Positions 33,952 to 46,099 of a stretch of DNA of 64,000 nucleotides are shown here, piece by piece. Numbering within the stretch: position 1 is the stretch's first letter; every line of letters begins with the position of its first letter. This DNA comes from Lepidodermella squamata (taxonomy: Eukaryota; Animalia; Gastrotricha): NCBI GenBank assembly GCA_047495785.1, contig JBLDXI010000020.1, forward strand, positions 1,798,001-1,862,000, read 5' to 3'. A program made the position numbers and the translations under genes. The notes below the pieces were generated by a model. That model was given only the letters and a program-made list of their open reading frames with translations. It did no database searches and had not been told where the DNA came from.

Positions 33952-35210
33952 TTGATGAGTTTAATTTTCTTAACTCATTTTGAAGAATATGAAACAGTGA
34001 GTAATGATAAGAGCAGTATGTTATCGTACAAGCTCTCGGCGATAGCCGCTCGCAGTGAATATTATCTGACGAGGCGTCACCCGAATCTCAAAAAGTCGAG
34101 GCTTAGCCATAGAGATGATTGAGTGCTCACTCGCCAGCAAAAACATGGAACGCAATAGGCTCATATGGCAGGGAATTGACTCATTGTCCTGGAGTAAAAA
34201 ACTGAACTCGTTACAAATCGATCGATCGCACAAATCGCTGGCGCCAAGGCTTCGATTTTTGGTTCCCGGGTTGAGCTTTGGATCATCGCTTGACTAAGAA
34301 ACGGCCGATATTTTTATACCAAATTTGCTCAGTTAGGATATTTAGAAGTGGCCGATAGGCGACTAAGAAGTCAACGTCCCTTTTCGACTACGACCTTTTA
34401 GAGCGGTGCACACCTGGATCTAAGGTGAAATTTAACGACCTTTTAAAGCTAAATTAACCAGGTCGAGATGATCATTTTGACACCTGATTTAGATCTGGAA
34501 CCATCATATTTTGATGGCTACGAATTTTTGAAATCCACCTCATTAAACTCCACCTCCTTTGAAATCAAAATTTATTTTATAAGTTTTTCCATGGGTGCGC
34601 GCGAACGACGATGAATCATCGCCTCGAAGCCTCTCAAATTAAGCAAATTGGCGCAAAAAAGTTCTTCCTTGAAATATACGCAACACTGCTTTTCAGTCAT
34701 AATTTATTGACAGCGTTGCCAAATAAATGCTCCGCGGCGTGGACTCGAAATCTTGTTTCGTACTTTGTCAAGCTTTCTAGAAGAACATCCAATGCCATAC
34801 TCGGCCACTGAACATATTCAAAATGAATATTTAATTATTAGAGCTATTCGGAATCATGGTTCCATTGGACCTATTGAAACGTGTAAAAATGCAAAAATAT
34901 CAGAGGGAAATTTTTACCGTACAAAATTACCATAACCAAGACTTAATAATTGGCAAACTTTTTCTTTTTCCATAATTTCTTCAAGTCATGACCGGGGTCT
35001 CATAGGGTCTCGTATTATTACAAATAATTTCCCAAAAATTTTAAAAGCTATTTTTGATCTAATAAATATTTCTCAATTTATTTACTCCGCTATTTAGTAA
35101 TTTCTCTGGTATTATTGTGGCTTCGATTTTTGAATTCTACCATGGCGTCCCAATTTAAGATTTTATTCTCACACGTCTCAAGAAAATCAGTAAAATTACA
35201 AAAAATCGTT

Positions 35211-36255
35211 TTATTCAGCATCAGGGACCTTGGCAACGAGTTGTTCGCTGAGTTCCCACAACTTTTTCGCCATTTCGGCATCGTTTGCCGTCGCACCTGG
35301 GTCAACTGGTTGGCAGTCCCTAGAAGATAATTAAAAAATAATAAAAAAACATGAGTTTGAAAAATTCTAGATTTTATGAAAAAACAGGAAAAATTAGGAT
35401 ATGAGGAATTACTTGAAGTCATGCCTGGATTATCAAGATTTGTTAGTTATTGGCCAAAACTTACACAATATATTTTCCCGATAGGTTTTCAATGCCAGGC
35501 TGTGATGCGCAGAAAACAGAAGTTTTCGCACCTTCCTGTGGGGTTTTTGTAAACCACTGAAACAATTTGCGTGCCACCACGTTCAAGTTACGGCCAATAT
35601 CCGTGGCAGCGGAACCAGGATCTAAAGAATAGGTCGTCACGTCTTTAACGCCCGATTCCTGTAGACGTCTATGCAATTCATTAGTGAATAGAACATTCGC
35701 TAATTTCGTGTAGTTATAAGCTGCCGCATTGCCGTACGATCCTGGCTTCTCGAAGTTCCAGTCGTCGATGTGGAAACCAGGTCGAACTGCCCAGAAAGCT
35801 AATTTACCCGAAGAGACTGTAACAACTCGACTCGGGGCTGATTTTTTCAATAAATCCATCAATAAATTCGTTAGCAAGAAGTGGCCCAGGTGATTTGTTG
35901 CGAATGTCAATTCGTAGCCGTCGACCGACAAACTACGTTTTTTCGGGCCAAAAATTCCGGCATTGTTTATCAGAACATTCAAAGCTGGCTCTGAGGCTTT
36001 GACTTCAGCTGCGAATTTCCTCACAGATTTGATTGAAGATAAATCGAGGTGGCCAACTACGACCGATTCTTGACTCAAGTTCGATTTTTCGCGAATTTCT
36101 GCCGCGGCTTCTTCAGCTTGGGTGAGGTTGCGACATCCTAGGATGATCTTTTTCGCCCCACGACGGGCCAGTTCGACAGCGGCGGCACGGCCAATACCGG
36201 TATTGGCCCCGGTTATCAAAACGGTTTTACCAGTTAAAAATAACTCAGCAGCCAT
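35211..36255 (-). CDS. RDH-like SDR copy 5
   Basis: Close paralogue of copies 4 and 6; YNYTK; 2 exons. Confidence 0.9.
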
Positions 36256-37467
36256 TTGATGAATTTCGTTGTGAGAAACGGCGAGTATAAGATATGAGTA
36301 TGCTATCAGACAAGTTCTCGGCGATAGTCGCTCGTGTGCTGAGTATTATCTGACGAGGCGCCGGCCGAGTCCCAAAAAGACGAGGCGTACAACCGAGTCG
36401 GGGCACAAGCAGCTATATTTCAGAGAGCGAGGATGCATAACAATTCGTATACCACACCAGATGTTGATCGCTTGACGATTTAAAAATGTTTGCTGAGTAC
36501 TTATCAGGAGAAGTTTGGAATATTTACTAACAATTGTGGCCAAAATTATTTTGTTTTCAGGGTTTTCAGGGTAACATCAGACTGAAAAACAACGCCAAAT
36601 GCTGCTCGTTAATTTCGAAGCTTTCCGTGAGTGTAGTTATTTAGGACAAAAACATGGTTTTCAGCACTAGAATATCAGAAATAATTATACACATGTGAAA
36701 AGTTCACGGCACGAGGGGGGGGGGGGACGTATCCCTTTTCTGTGCAAAATTTGGTAATTTTTAATGTTTCCATTTTACCACGATTTTATAGAAATACTGA
36801 AAGGTTTAGCTACATTTGGACAGCGTTTCACATGCCGAATGGCGCAGGTAAGAATCAATTGTTGCAAAAGAGACATTTGTGGCTCCTTCGTGAATGTTTT
36901 CTGTGAAATATCTGGAGCGAATTTCCTGTTGCAAAAAAAAACTTACCCGTATTACCATTACTGTAACGATTGGTGTTACGGCGGCATCCCGGTCATGACT
37001 AATAAGATGAATAACCATAGCTGTGATCTAGGACTTGTGATATATGATCATGTGATAACTAATTAGGCTATGTAGTGCGTTCTATCAAACTAGTATTGTC
37101 AGTACTTAAGCTCTCAATTTGCCAGTGACTGGTGTTCAGTTTATTTTCAATGAATAAATCATTAAGGGTAGCAGTTGACTGTTTTATGTTTCCGTGACAA
37201 TAACCAAGACTCAATTGGCAAACTTGTTCCATAATTTCTTCAAGTCATGACCGGGCTCCCATAGGAACGTGTATAATTACCAGCAATTTTAAGAAGCTAA
37301 TTTTGAGCTAATAAATAGTTCTGATTTTTGCTCCGCTTTTTTGTAATTTCTCCGGAATTATTCTGGATCGATTTTTGAATTTAAAAAGTAGTCAACGTCC
37401 GTATTTAAGATTTCATTCTCACACGTTTCGGAAATCGAAAAAATCAGCAAAATTATAAAAAAGTGTT

Positions 37468-38516
37468 TCATTCAGCATTAGGGACTTTGGCAACAAGTTG
37501 TTCGCTGAGTTCCCACAGCTTTTTCGCCATTTCGGCATCATTTGCCGTCGCACCTGGGTCAACAGGTTGGCAGTCCCTAATAGAAAAAATAACAAAATTT
37601 AACAAAACATTGATTCGACAAATTATAAATTTTACAAAGAAAACAATAAATATTTTAATAAGGAATTATATAAAAAATTGGATTCCTTGATTAAAATTGT
37701 TAGTTATTGACCAACTTACACAATATATTTCCCAGACAAATTTTCGATGCCAGGCTGTGATGCGCAGTAAACAGAGACTTTTGCACCCTCTTGTGGTGAT
37801 TTCGTAAACCACTGAAACAATTTGCGTACGACCACATTCAAATCTCGGGCAATGTCCGTGGCAACAGCACCAGGATGCAACGAATAGGCCGTCACGTCTT
37901 TATCGCCAGATTCCTGAAGACGCCTGTGCAATTCACTGGTGAATAACACATTCGCTAATTTCGAATAGTTGTAAGCTGTTGAACTGCCGTAGGAGCCTGG
38001 CTTCTCGAAGTTCCAGTCGTCGATGTGAAAACCGGGTCGAACCGCCCAGAAAGCTAATTTACCCGAAGAGACTGTAACAACTCGACTCGGGGCTGATTTT
38101 TTCAATAAATCCAAAAGTAAATTCGTCAGCAAAAAGGGACCTAAATGATTTGTTGCGAGGGTCATTTCATAACCATCGGCTGAAATAGTCCGTTTTGCCG
38201 GTCCGAAAATTCCAGCATTGTTAATCAAAACATGCAAAGCTGGCTCTGAGGCTATGACTTCGGCCGCGAACTTCCTTACTGATTTGATTGAGGATAAATC
38301 GAGGTGGCGAACTACGACTGCCTCTTGACTCAAGTTAGATTTTTCGCGAATTTCTGCTGCGGCTTCTTCAGCTTGGGTGAGGTTACGACAGCCAAGGATG
38401 AGCTTTTTCGCCCCACGACGGGCCAGTTCGACGGCGGCGGCTCGGCCAATACCAGTATTGGCCCCGGTTATCAAAACGGTCTTACCAGTCACGAAAAATT
38501 CAGAAGTTGCAGCCAT
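37468..38516 (-). CDS. RDH-like SDR copy 6
   Basis: TVSS, YNYSK, HPG; 2 exons. Confidence 0.9.
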
Positions 38517-38679
38517 TTGATGATATCGAGAAATGTAATTATCTTAGCCCAGTTTGAGGGACAAGAGAAAGAAAAATGGCGAATAATGATAAGCAGCGGC
38601 CTTTTATTATTAGTTTTGAAGATAAAAAAAAAACAAGTTGAGGTCAAAGTTCATTGGAGTGGTTTGATAAATCATTTAA

Positions 38680-39667
38680 TCAAGGCACCTTCGCGCACAT
38701 TTCTTCGCTTAGATCCCACAATTTGATCGCCATTTCAACATCCGAGGCAATTACTCCTGGATCTACGATTTGACAGTCCCTGAAATAGCACAATAATCAC
38801 AATAAAAAATAGTGACTCATCAAAAATTTACGAAAAATAGCCGCCAGATAAATGCTCAATACCAGGCTGTGAAGCGCAATAAACTGTGGTTTTAGCCCCG
38901 GCCTCGGCAGTCGTTCCAAACAATTTGAACAAAATTTTCCAAAACCAGCTCAAATTCCGATCGATCTCGGTTTTAACGACACCTGGAAACAGCGAGTAAG
39001 TCGCCACATTTGTTGCGCCGCTAGTCCGGAGACGGCGATGAATTTCCCGAGTGAACAAAACATTGGCCAGTTTCGTCTGTGCATAGGCTTGAGGCGGCGA
39101 GTAAGAGCCTGGCTTCTCGAAATTGACGTCATCAATGTGGAATCCTGGAAAGCTGATCCAAAACGCGATGCGATGCGCGGCAACATTGACAATTCGACTC
39201 GGGGCTGATGCTTTCAACTTATCGAGAAGTAGATTCGTCAGTAAGAAATGGCCGAGGTGATTAGTTGCGAAGCAAACTTCATTGCCATCGACCGATAGGG
39301 TACGTTCAGCCGGCCCGTAAAGACCAGCATTATTCACTAGAACGTGAATTAGAGGCTCAGCTTCAATGACCTCGGCCGCGAATCGGCGGACAGATTTGAT
39401 TGACGACAGGTCTAGTTGGCGAACAGCGACTACGTCCTCCTTAACGCCGGTTTTTTCTCGAATTTCTTTAGCTGTGACATTTCGGCAGGCTAGAATGACC
39501 TTTTTCGCGCCCCGCCTAGCCAACTCGAGGGCAGCTGCTTTGCCAATGCCGGTATTTGACCCGGTTACGATGCAAGTTTTTCCGGCAACAAACCAGGAAA
39601 CAGCATTCGCCGTTGTCTCAGTATTTTTGTCGTTTGATGAAAATATTGACGACAGCAAATTTATCAT
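38680..39667 (-). CDS. RDH-like SDR copy 7 (5-aa in-frame deletion after CRN)
   Basis: Paralogue of copies 1/2 (NVAAHRIAFW, YAQTK); RNVTAKEI versus RNVTTAEEAAKEI. Confidence 0.88.
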
Positions 39668-40207
39668 AATATTGTGCTCATAAAGGTTTATGCTGGGAAA
39701 TCAAGAAACGGAAAAAATTCAACTAGAAATCATCCGCTAAAATATTGAGACTCGAGAAGCTATTTCAGGCCTATCTTTGTCTTTATACTCATTTGAAAAG
39801 ACAGCGGCTGCCATAATATATATAGTCATTATTACGCAACTAATACCGAGAATAAAAAGCAACGTGGGATAAAAATGGTTTCTAGGGACTCATCTTCTGT
39901 GAACTATTACGAATCATGCTTGATAAAAATAAAAGCGAGGTTTTTTCGTGAATGTTTGTAAGGCGAATTTTTTTCTTCATTTTTCCCAAAATATTACGCT
40001 CATTCATATTTTTTATGAAATATTATCAGTTCTACAAGCCAAACCCGGAAATTTGTCGTCCATTATCTTTGCAATTTTCCACGTTTTACCTTGAATTAAA
40101 TCAACTGTGTATTTGGAAAATTGAGACCCATGAGAGGCTCCGACTTTGTTCTGTTTCGCAAACAAAACAGCTTATTTTTAGGAATTTTAAGAAATAATAT
40201 CTCCAAG

Positions 40208-41916
40208 ATGGCTGCAGCTTCTGATTGTTTCGTAACTGGTAAAACCGTTTTGATAACCGGGGCCAATACTGGTATTGGCCGAGCAGCCGCCGTCGAACTT
40301 GCCCGTCGTGGGGCGAAAAAGCTCATTCTAGGCTGCCGCAACCTCACCCAAGCCGAAGAAGCCGCAGCAGAAATTCGCGAAAAATCAAACCTCGGTCAAG
40401 AATCGGTCGTAGTTCGCCACCTCGATCTATCCGCAATCAAATCAGTAAGGAAATTCGCAGCTGAAGTCATAGCCTCAGAGCCAGCTTTGCATGTTCTGAT
40501 TAACAATGCTGGTATTTTTGGCCTGGATAGACGGACCCTTTCAGTCGATGGTTATGAATTGACCTTCGCAACGAATCATCTTGGTCACTTTTTGCTGACA
40601 AATTTACTGTTGGATTTATTGAAAAAATCAGCCCCGAGTCGAATTGTTAACGTTTCGGCTCACAGGTTGGCATTCTGGGCTTGCCGTCCCGGTTTTCACA
40701 TCGACGACTGGAATTTCGAAAAACCAAACTCCTACGGCAGTTCCACAGCTTACAACTATACGAAATTAGCGAATGTTCTATTCACAAAAGAACTGCATCG
40801 CCGTTTGCAAGAATCAGGCGACAAGGACGTTACGGCGTATGTTCTACACCCAGGTGTTGTTGGCACAGACATTGCGCGAAATTACAACGCGGTCCTGCAG
40901 AAAATGTTCAAGTGGTTCACGAAAAGCCCGGAGGCCGGTGCCAAGGTCACAGTCTACTGCGCGTCCCAACCTGCTATCGAAAATTTGTCTGGGAATTACT
41001 TTATGTAAGTGTTAAATCTGTAGATTTCAGTTTGAAATGCCTATTATAACATTTCACAGTAATTCTATCAATTTTTGTCCTAAGGCAAAAAAGTATTTGC
41101 TGTTCATTAAATCAGGTTTAACGATAAATTAATCATTCAAATTTTTCGGCATCGAATTCCAAATTTGTTTGAATATTGAAATTGAATAATTTATAAATTT
41201 GGCCGTTGATAAGTGAAAAGTGGAGTTGGGCGTATTTTCTGTATTTTCCAGCAAATCGCACAAAGTTTGTTGGCTTGAAGAGAGGCGATACTTAGATTCC
41301 TAGATGATCTTATACTCAGCTATTATTGATTATTTTGAATTTTCAAAATTCAGACCTATAGGAGGCTCCCATCTCCCATCCACCTCAAATGACGGGACAT
41401 ACAGTGCCGCCGAAAGGGCTTATCGATTTAGGTTTACGTGGAAAAACTAGCTTTATTCCATTAACATTTTTGAATATCTAGCAAGAATCCTCACCTCAAA
41501 TTACCCCAAAAAATCTCGACTGTGCATAAGAAAAACATCAAATTTTATTGCCAATTTAAGCTTAATTTTGTACATTTCTCGAAATTAGCAATTTCCACCC
41601 GGGAACTTTGAAGCCCATTCCCTCAGAAACCCTGATGACTATCAATCTCTTTTTGATATCATTCGACTCGTTCATTTAAAGCAGGATGAAAATCTCACGA
41701 TTTCGAAAATTTTGCCAAAACCCCTTTCACATGTTATTATCGAGTTGCATTCAATCTTTTTATTTTACTTTATTTTAACTTCATTTTTCTTTTTCGGCTC
41801 ATTTCAGGGACTGCCAACCTGTTGACCCAGGGGCGACGGCAAACGATGCTGAAATGGCGAAAAAGCTGTGGGAACTCAGCGAACAACTTGTTGCCAAAGT
41901 CCCTGATGCTGAATAA
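40208..41916 (+). CDS. RDH-like SDR copy 8, inverted (exons 40208-41004, 41808-41916)
   Basis: ATG at 40208; NVSAHRLAFW, YNYTK; exon 2 DCQPVDPGATANDAEMAKKLWELSEQLVAKVPDAE. Confidence 0.9.
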
Positions 41917-42965
41917 AACGCAAAGAATTTACACGTTTAAAACGGCATGATAGTAATACCGAGTGACGTGAATAAAATCGGACAGTTTGAACCACGAAGA
42001 CACAGGACACATTGACCTTCAGCAAGTTCCAATGAAGATTCGAGTTTTTACTCGCAAATTCCTGACGGCGGAATTATATTTAGAGAAGTCACTTATCTTA
42101 TTGTCACTCATCAATTAAGCACAATTAAGCGCCTCATTCGCAAAAATTCAAATAATTAATAGAAAGGTTCAAAAGGTCTTTTCTGAAGTTATTGTTCCCG
42201 TTACACGCCCATTATCGACTAATATAAGTGTCACGACGGACTAACCTTTGAGAAATATGAGCATAGACTTTAAATTGAATTTCCTGGCCAATTAACAAGT
42301 TGTCGAAGTGTTCAAGTTGACGGAGTTCGGCGACAATATATTAGCCAACATGGGCCGTGAACATGGCTAGAATCTGACAAAATGAGCTCGTAAGAAAACA
42401 AGATAATTAACTTCAAGGGTACACATCAATCAAAGTTTCAGAGACGATCCTCATTTTTGCCTCATATTGCACTGAGAGGTACATGTCTTAAAGGCATGCC
42501 GTCAGATAAATAATCAGCTCGGTGTGGCCCAGCTTGATAAAGACTAATTCAATATCCCTTTCCGTCCTTTTCATCTTGACCATAGACACACAATTTAATC
42601 AAATGTTATGACAACGTCTTTATTTAAATCAACTGTCCTTATATCAGTGTGACACAAGAATTAGAAATAAACTCTAGAGACCTCACCGCGGTGATCTAGA
42701 AATTAAGCCAGGTAGAAAAAAAGACACGGAAAACGCACTCCGTACAAGTTTGGCTATCAGGCCATTCCGATTAAAAAAATCAAGGAGCATGCCAAGACAA
42801 TGAATCAATAAGTCTGTTGTGATTATAAAAATAATTGATTAAAATCTCCCAGTTTTCCCCGAATTTTAAAATTTTGAAAGACTCATTGGAGCAGTGTGAA
42901 GATATGCAAAGAATTTTGAGAGATAAGGAATGACCCAATCTATGATACACATAGATGGTGTAAAT

Positions 42966-44315
42966 TTAACAATCGAACATTTCAACGAAAAGAGCATCGC
43001 TATGATAGATATTTGGTTGAGTTTCTTTCAGCTCGGCGACACAGGCGTTGAACGAACTTGCTTGCAGCTTCAGCATACTGTACACCTGATGGAACTTGAA
43101 CATCTGAAAGAACGAAAAGAAAAGTTCACATCAGAATGTCTTGCTATCAAAATTAACCAACCTTAAGATTCGGATCCATCGAGTACTGAGACGCCAACGA
43201 CTGCAATGAGTTGAGGACGATCTGGTGGTACTCAGACGTAGTGTTCAAGAAGCCTTCCAACGAATCTTGATAGAAAAGTAGGGCCAACATTAAAGAAAAC
43301 TCTTGTTGACTTGGATTCCATTCCGCCAGAGCGAAGGCTATATCGCTCGCTTCGTTTTCAAGGCGTTGAAACGATGGGAAGTGATACATGAAGAGCTGTC
43401 TAGTCGCTTCATTCATTCCAAATGCGCTCGAGCTACTCCTGAAGTAAGACGCCATACACAATGGTATGAAACTCGCTCGGAATAACGCTCTCCTCGTGGA
43501 TGATGGCAGGGTACTGAACCCGGGGAGGCTTTTCGCATACTCCAGGCAAACCCCAACTTCAAACTTGAAGTGATCAATGAAGCTAGACCAAATGTTAGGG
43601 CTGGGTAGCAGCATCATTTGGCCGTAGTCCAATTCGAAAGGTTTGCTCGGCAGTTGCGACAAGATCCCGCCAGCCGTAACCATGGTGTCGAAAAACGAAG
43701 GCGGTGGGCCTGGAACAAATTGTTGATTGAAATCGCTGTGATTCGGCAAATTGACAAAAGTTGGCGAATAAGATGGCAGGGGCTGTTGAAATGCCGAGTT
43801 TGGTCGGAAGGGATCGCTAGATTGGCGGCTGAGAGGTTCATGGCGAACCTCCATTGAGCTTTCAACTGATGCCGATGAAGTAGAGGCTCGATTTGTGTTT
43901 ATTGGCTCACAATCTGGTTGAAAATACGAAAATTTAATTATTTCTTTTCAAAAATTCATTAGATGTCTCTTACCTTGAATGCGCATCCCAACAGCTAGAC
44001 ATTTAGCTAGCCGACATCTTGGGCAGAAAAGTGCCTTTCGGAATGGTAGACTTGCCGAGTCAGACGGTCGAATAACGGAGCAATTATTTGTAGCATTAAC
44101 GCATCGAAGGTTAGTCGAGTGATTGCGGCTAAAGAATTTCTGAAAAAGTTAAGAAATTAAAAAAATTAAGGAGGGGTTTTTAAAGTAATTACTCGGCAGG
44201 CACTGCATGTGTAGACGCCACATCGCATGCGCAGATTCGCTCGAGCGCAGCAAACCATGCATAGCTGATTGCTGCGAACCATAGCCAGAGTTTTGCGTTG
44301 TTTCATCGCTGACAT
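42966..44315 (-). CDS. Divergent nuclear hormone receptor 1
   Basis: CMVC...CGVYTCSACR/KFFSRNH...C...C...CPRCRLAKCLAVGM zinc fingers; LBD YAKSLPGF, QEFSLMLALLFY, AF-2-like LFVEMF. Confidence 0.85.
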
Positions 44316-44920
44316 TCACTAAATAATTATGATATGAGATAACGGTTTTATAGGCTGATGGTCACTTCTGGAAATTTCGCCGGCTTATATATGCCTGATT
44401 GCCGCCTACGTTATGGTGATCTGGTAACAAGATGATTATTTTTATGCTAACATACCGTCAAGGCACAGACACGTGGCGATTACAGGTTCTATATATTAAC
44501 GTCTCTCTGATTAATTAACGCAGTGGCCCGTCTTGGTGAGAAAATCAAAGTATATTCGAGAATATACTGTGCTAATTCAATCAGACACGGGACTCATTCA
44601 TGCGTGCCTGGTTCGGCGAGATGGCGAAACTTCGCGAAAAACATGTCAAGGTGTCATCTAGGCTATCCTTGTTCGCACGAGCGTGATGACAAATCGTGCG
44701 TAAAATGTAGGCGTAGTGGGCGTAGTTATGAATGAAACTCGTAGTAAACTACGCAACTATGGCCCGCGACCTAAATATATCGGTGACCGCGAAAGTTCTT
44801 TCCCAAATAAAGACACTAAGTGTTTTTCTGGGCAAAAAGTTCATTTTATTCTAAGGCAATTAACGTATCTATCAATCAAGTTCATGAGCAAACTGATTCA
44901 TGGTCTGAGAATTACCAGGA

Positions 44921-45096
44921 TATTGAATTATCTTTCGGTCCAGCACTATGGCAAGATCGGGCTGAATCGGGTGCTGGATGAGAGGCTGGATTAAATGCCC
45001 AGCACTGCCCTTCGCAGTTCAATGCTAGCCGTCCATTGTCCACCCTGAATGCTGGACAGCTGCTGGATAGGTGCTGGACCGAAAGTTAATTCAATA
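44921..45096. mobile_element. Small MITE-like inverted-repeat element
   Basis: 26-bp inverted repeat TATTGAATTA[TA]CTTTCGGTCCAGCAC with 1 mismatch; internal GCTGGA repeats. Confidence 0.65.
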
Positions 45097-46099
45097 CACT
45101 AGACTGGTCAATAAAAGCTGACCAGCTTGCTAACAGATTCTCGAAGTTATAATTCGGTTTATCCCAGTAATGCAGGTTTCACGCCTTTTGGTTGAACTAC
45201 GAATCCAAATAGGTCGCATCGATACCCCGATTAGGATTAGGGGAAACCTGCACAACAATCCAATTGCTGTCGAATGCCAGATTACTGCTCGAATGCTACC
45301 CTGAACGACAAGGATCTAACCCCAAAATCTTCTTTTTCAATATGGCTAAGATGTTTTACCCGTCATTTGGTCTATTCAGGGACTTCGAAGCTACAACGAT
45401 TGGCTACCCTTTGAAACTCGAGAAGCTGCAAACATTTCGGGTTTCACGACTTCAGCACATTCCTGCAGGATGGCATGACAACTTATTTATAGTTATAACA
45501 GAGCTTTCAAGCGATTTCGTAATGAGCTAGGGAGGATGGGACGAGTTGCCGACAAGCTTTTTCCGCGGTTATTCAAAAATAATGCATTTCTAACATCACT
45601 ATGTTGATTCTTGATTTTTGTTGTCGTATGCCGTCGTAGAGTATGCTACTGGGATCGCACAACAACGGGGGATAGCGAGAATCCTCTTTCCAACGGTTGT
45701 AGACTCGTAAAAATGACCAGGAATGGAGAATGGAGGTTGACATATCTCCCATTCGGAAATGGAGGATTCCAAGCTCGTCGCGCTAGATTTAATTCGATCT
45801 CGGTATGACAAAGCAGATTTAAATGAAATTCAATGCAGGAAGGTTCCGTTCGGCCGAATATTTCGAAGGCAAACAGAGATCTATCCAAGACATTTGGGCC
45901 TCGGCGAGCAGAATGAATATATTGAAAAACTCATTCTTTCAAGTCATCGTCAGCTGAGCTCAGGACTCGGTGAAAGAATAACCTTCGGCAATACAAATTC
46001 AGCAATACGCGGAAGGAAGATAGCAAAATAATACACATTTCACAGACTGTAAGCTTCACATTTCCTGATTATACAAGCTTTGAACTATTTGTCACAGAT

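Noticed and set aside
23523-39683. Recurrent plus-strand ORFs (MTSAANRRTDLI...) at 23523, 27733, 31264 and 39366
   Set aside because: Antisense shadows of the conserved SDR coding sequence.
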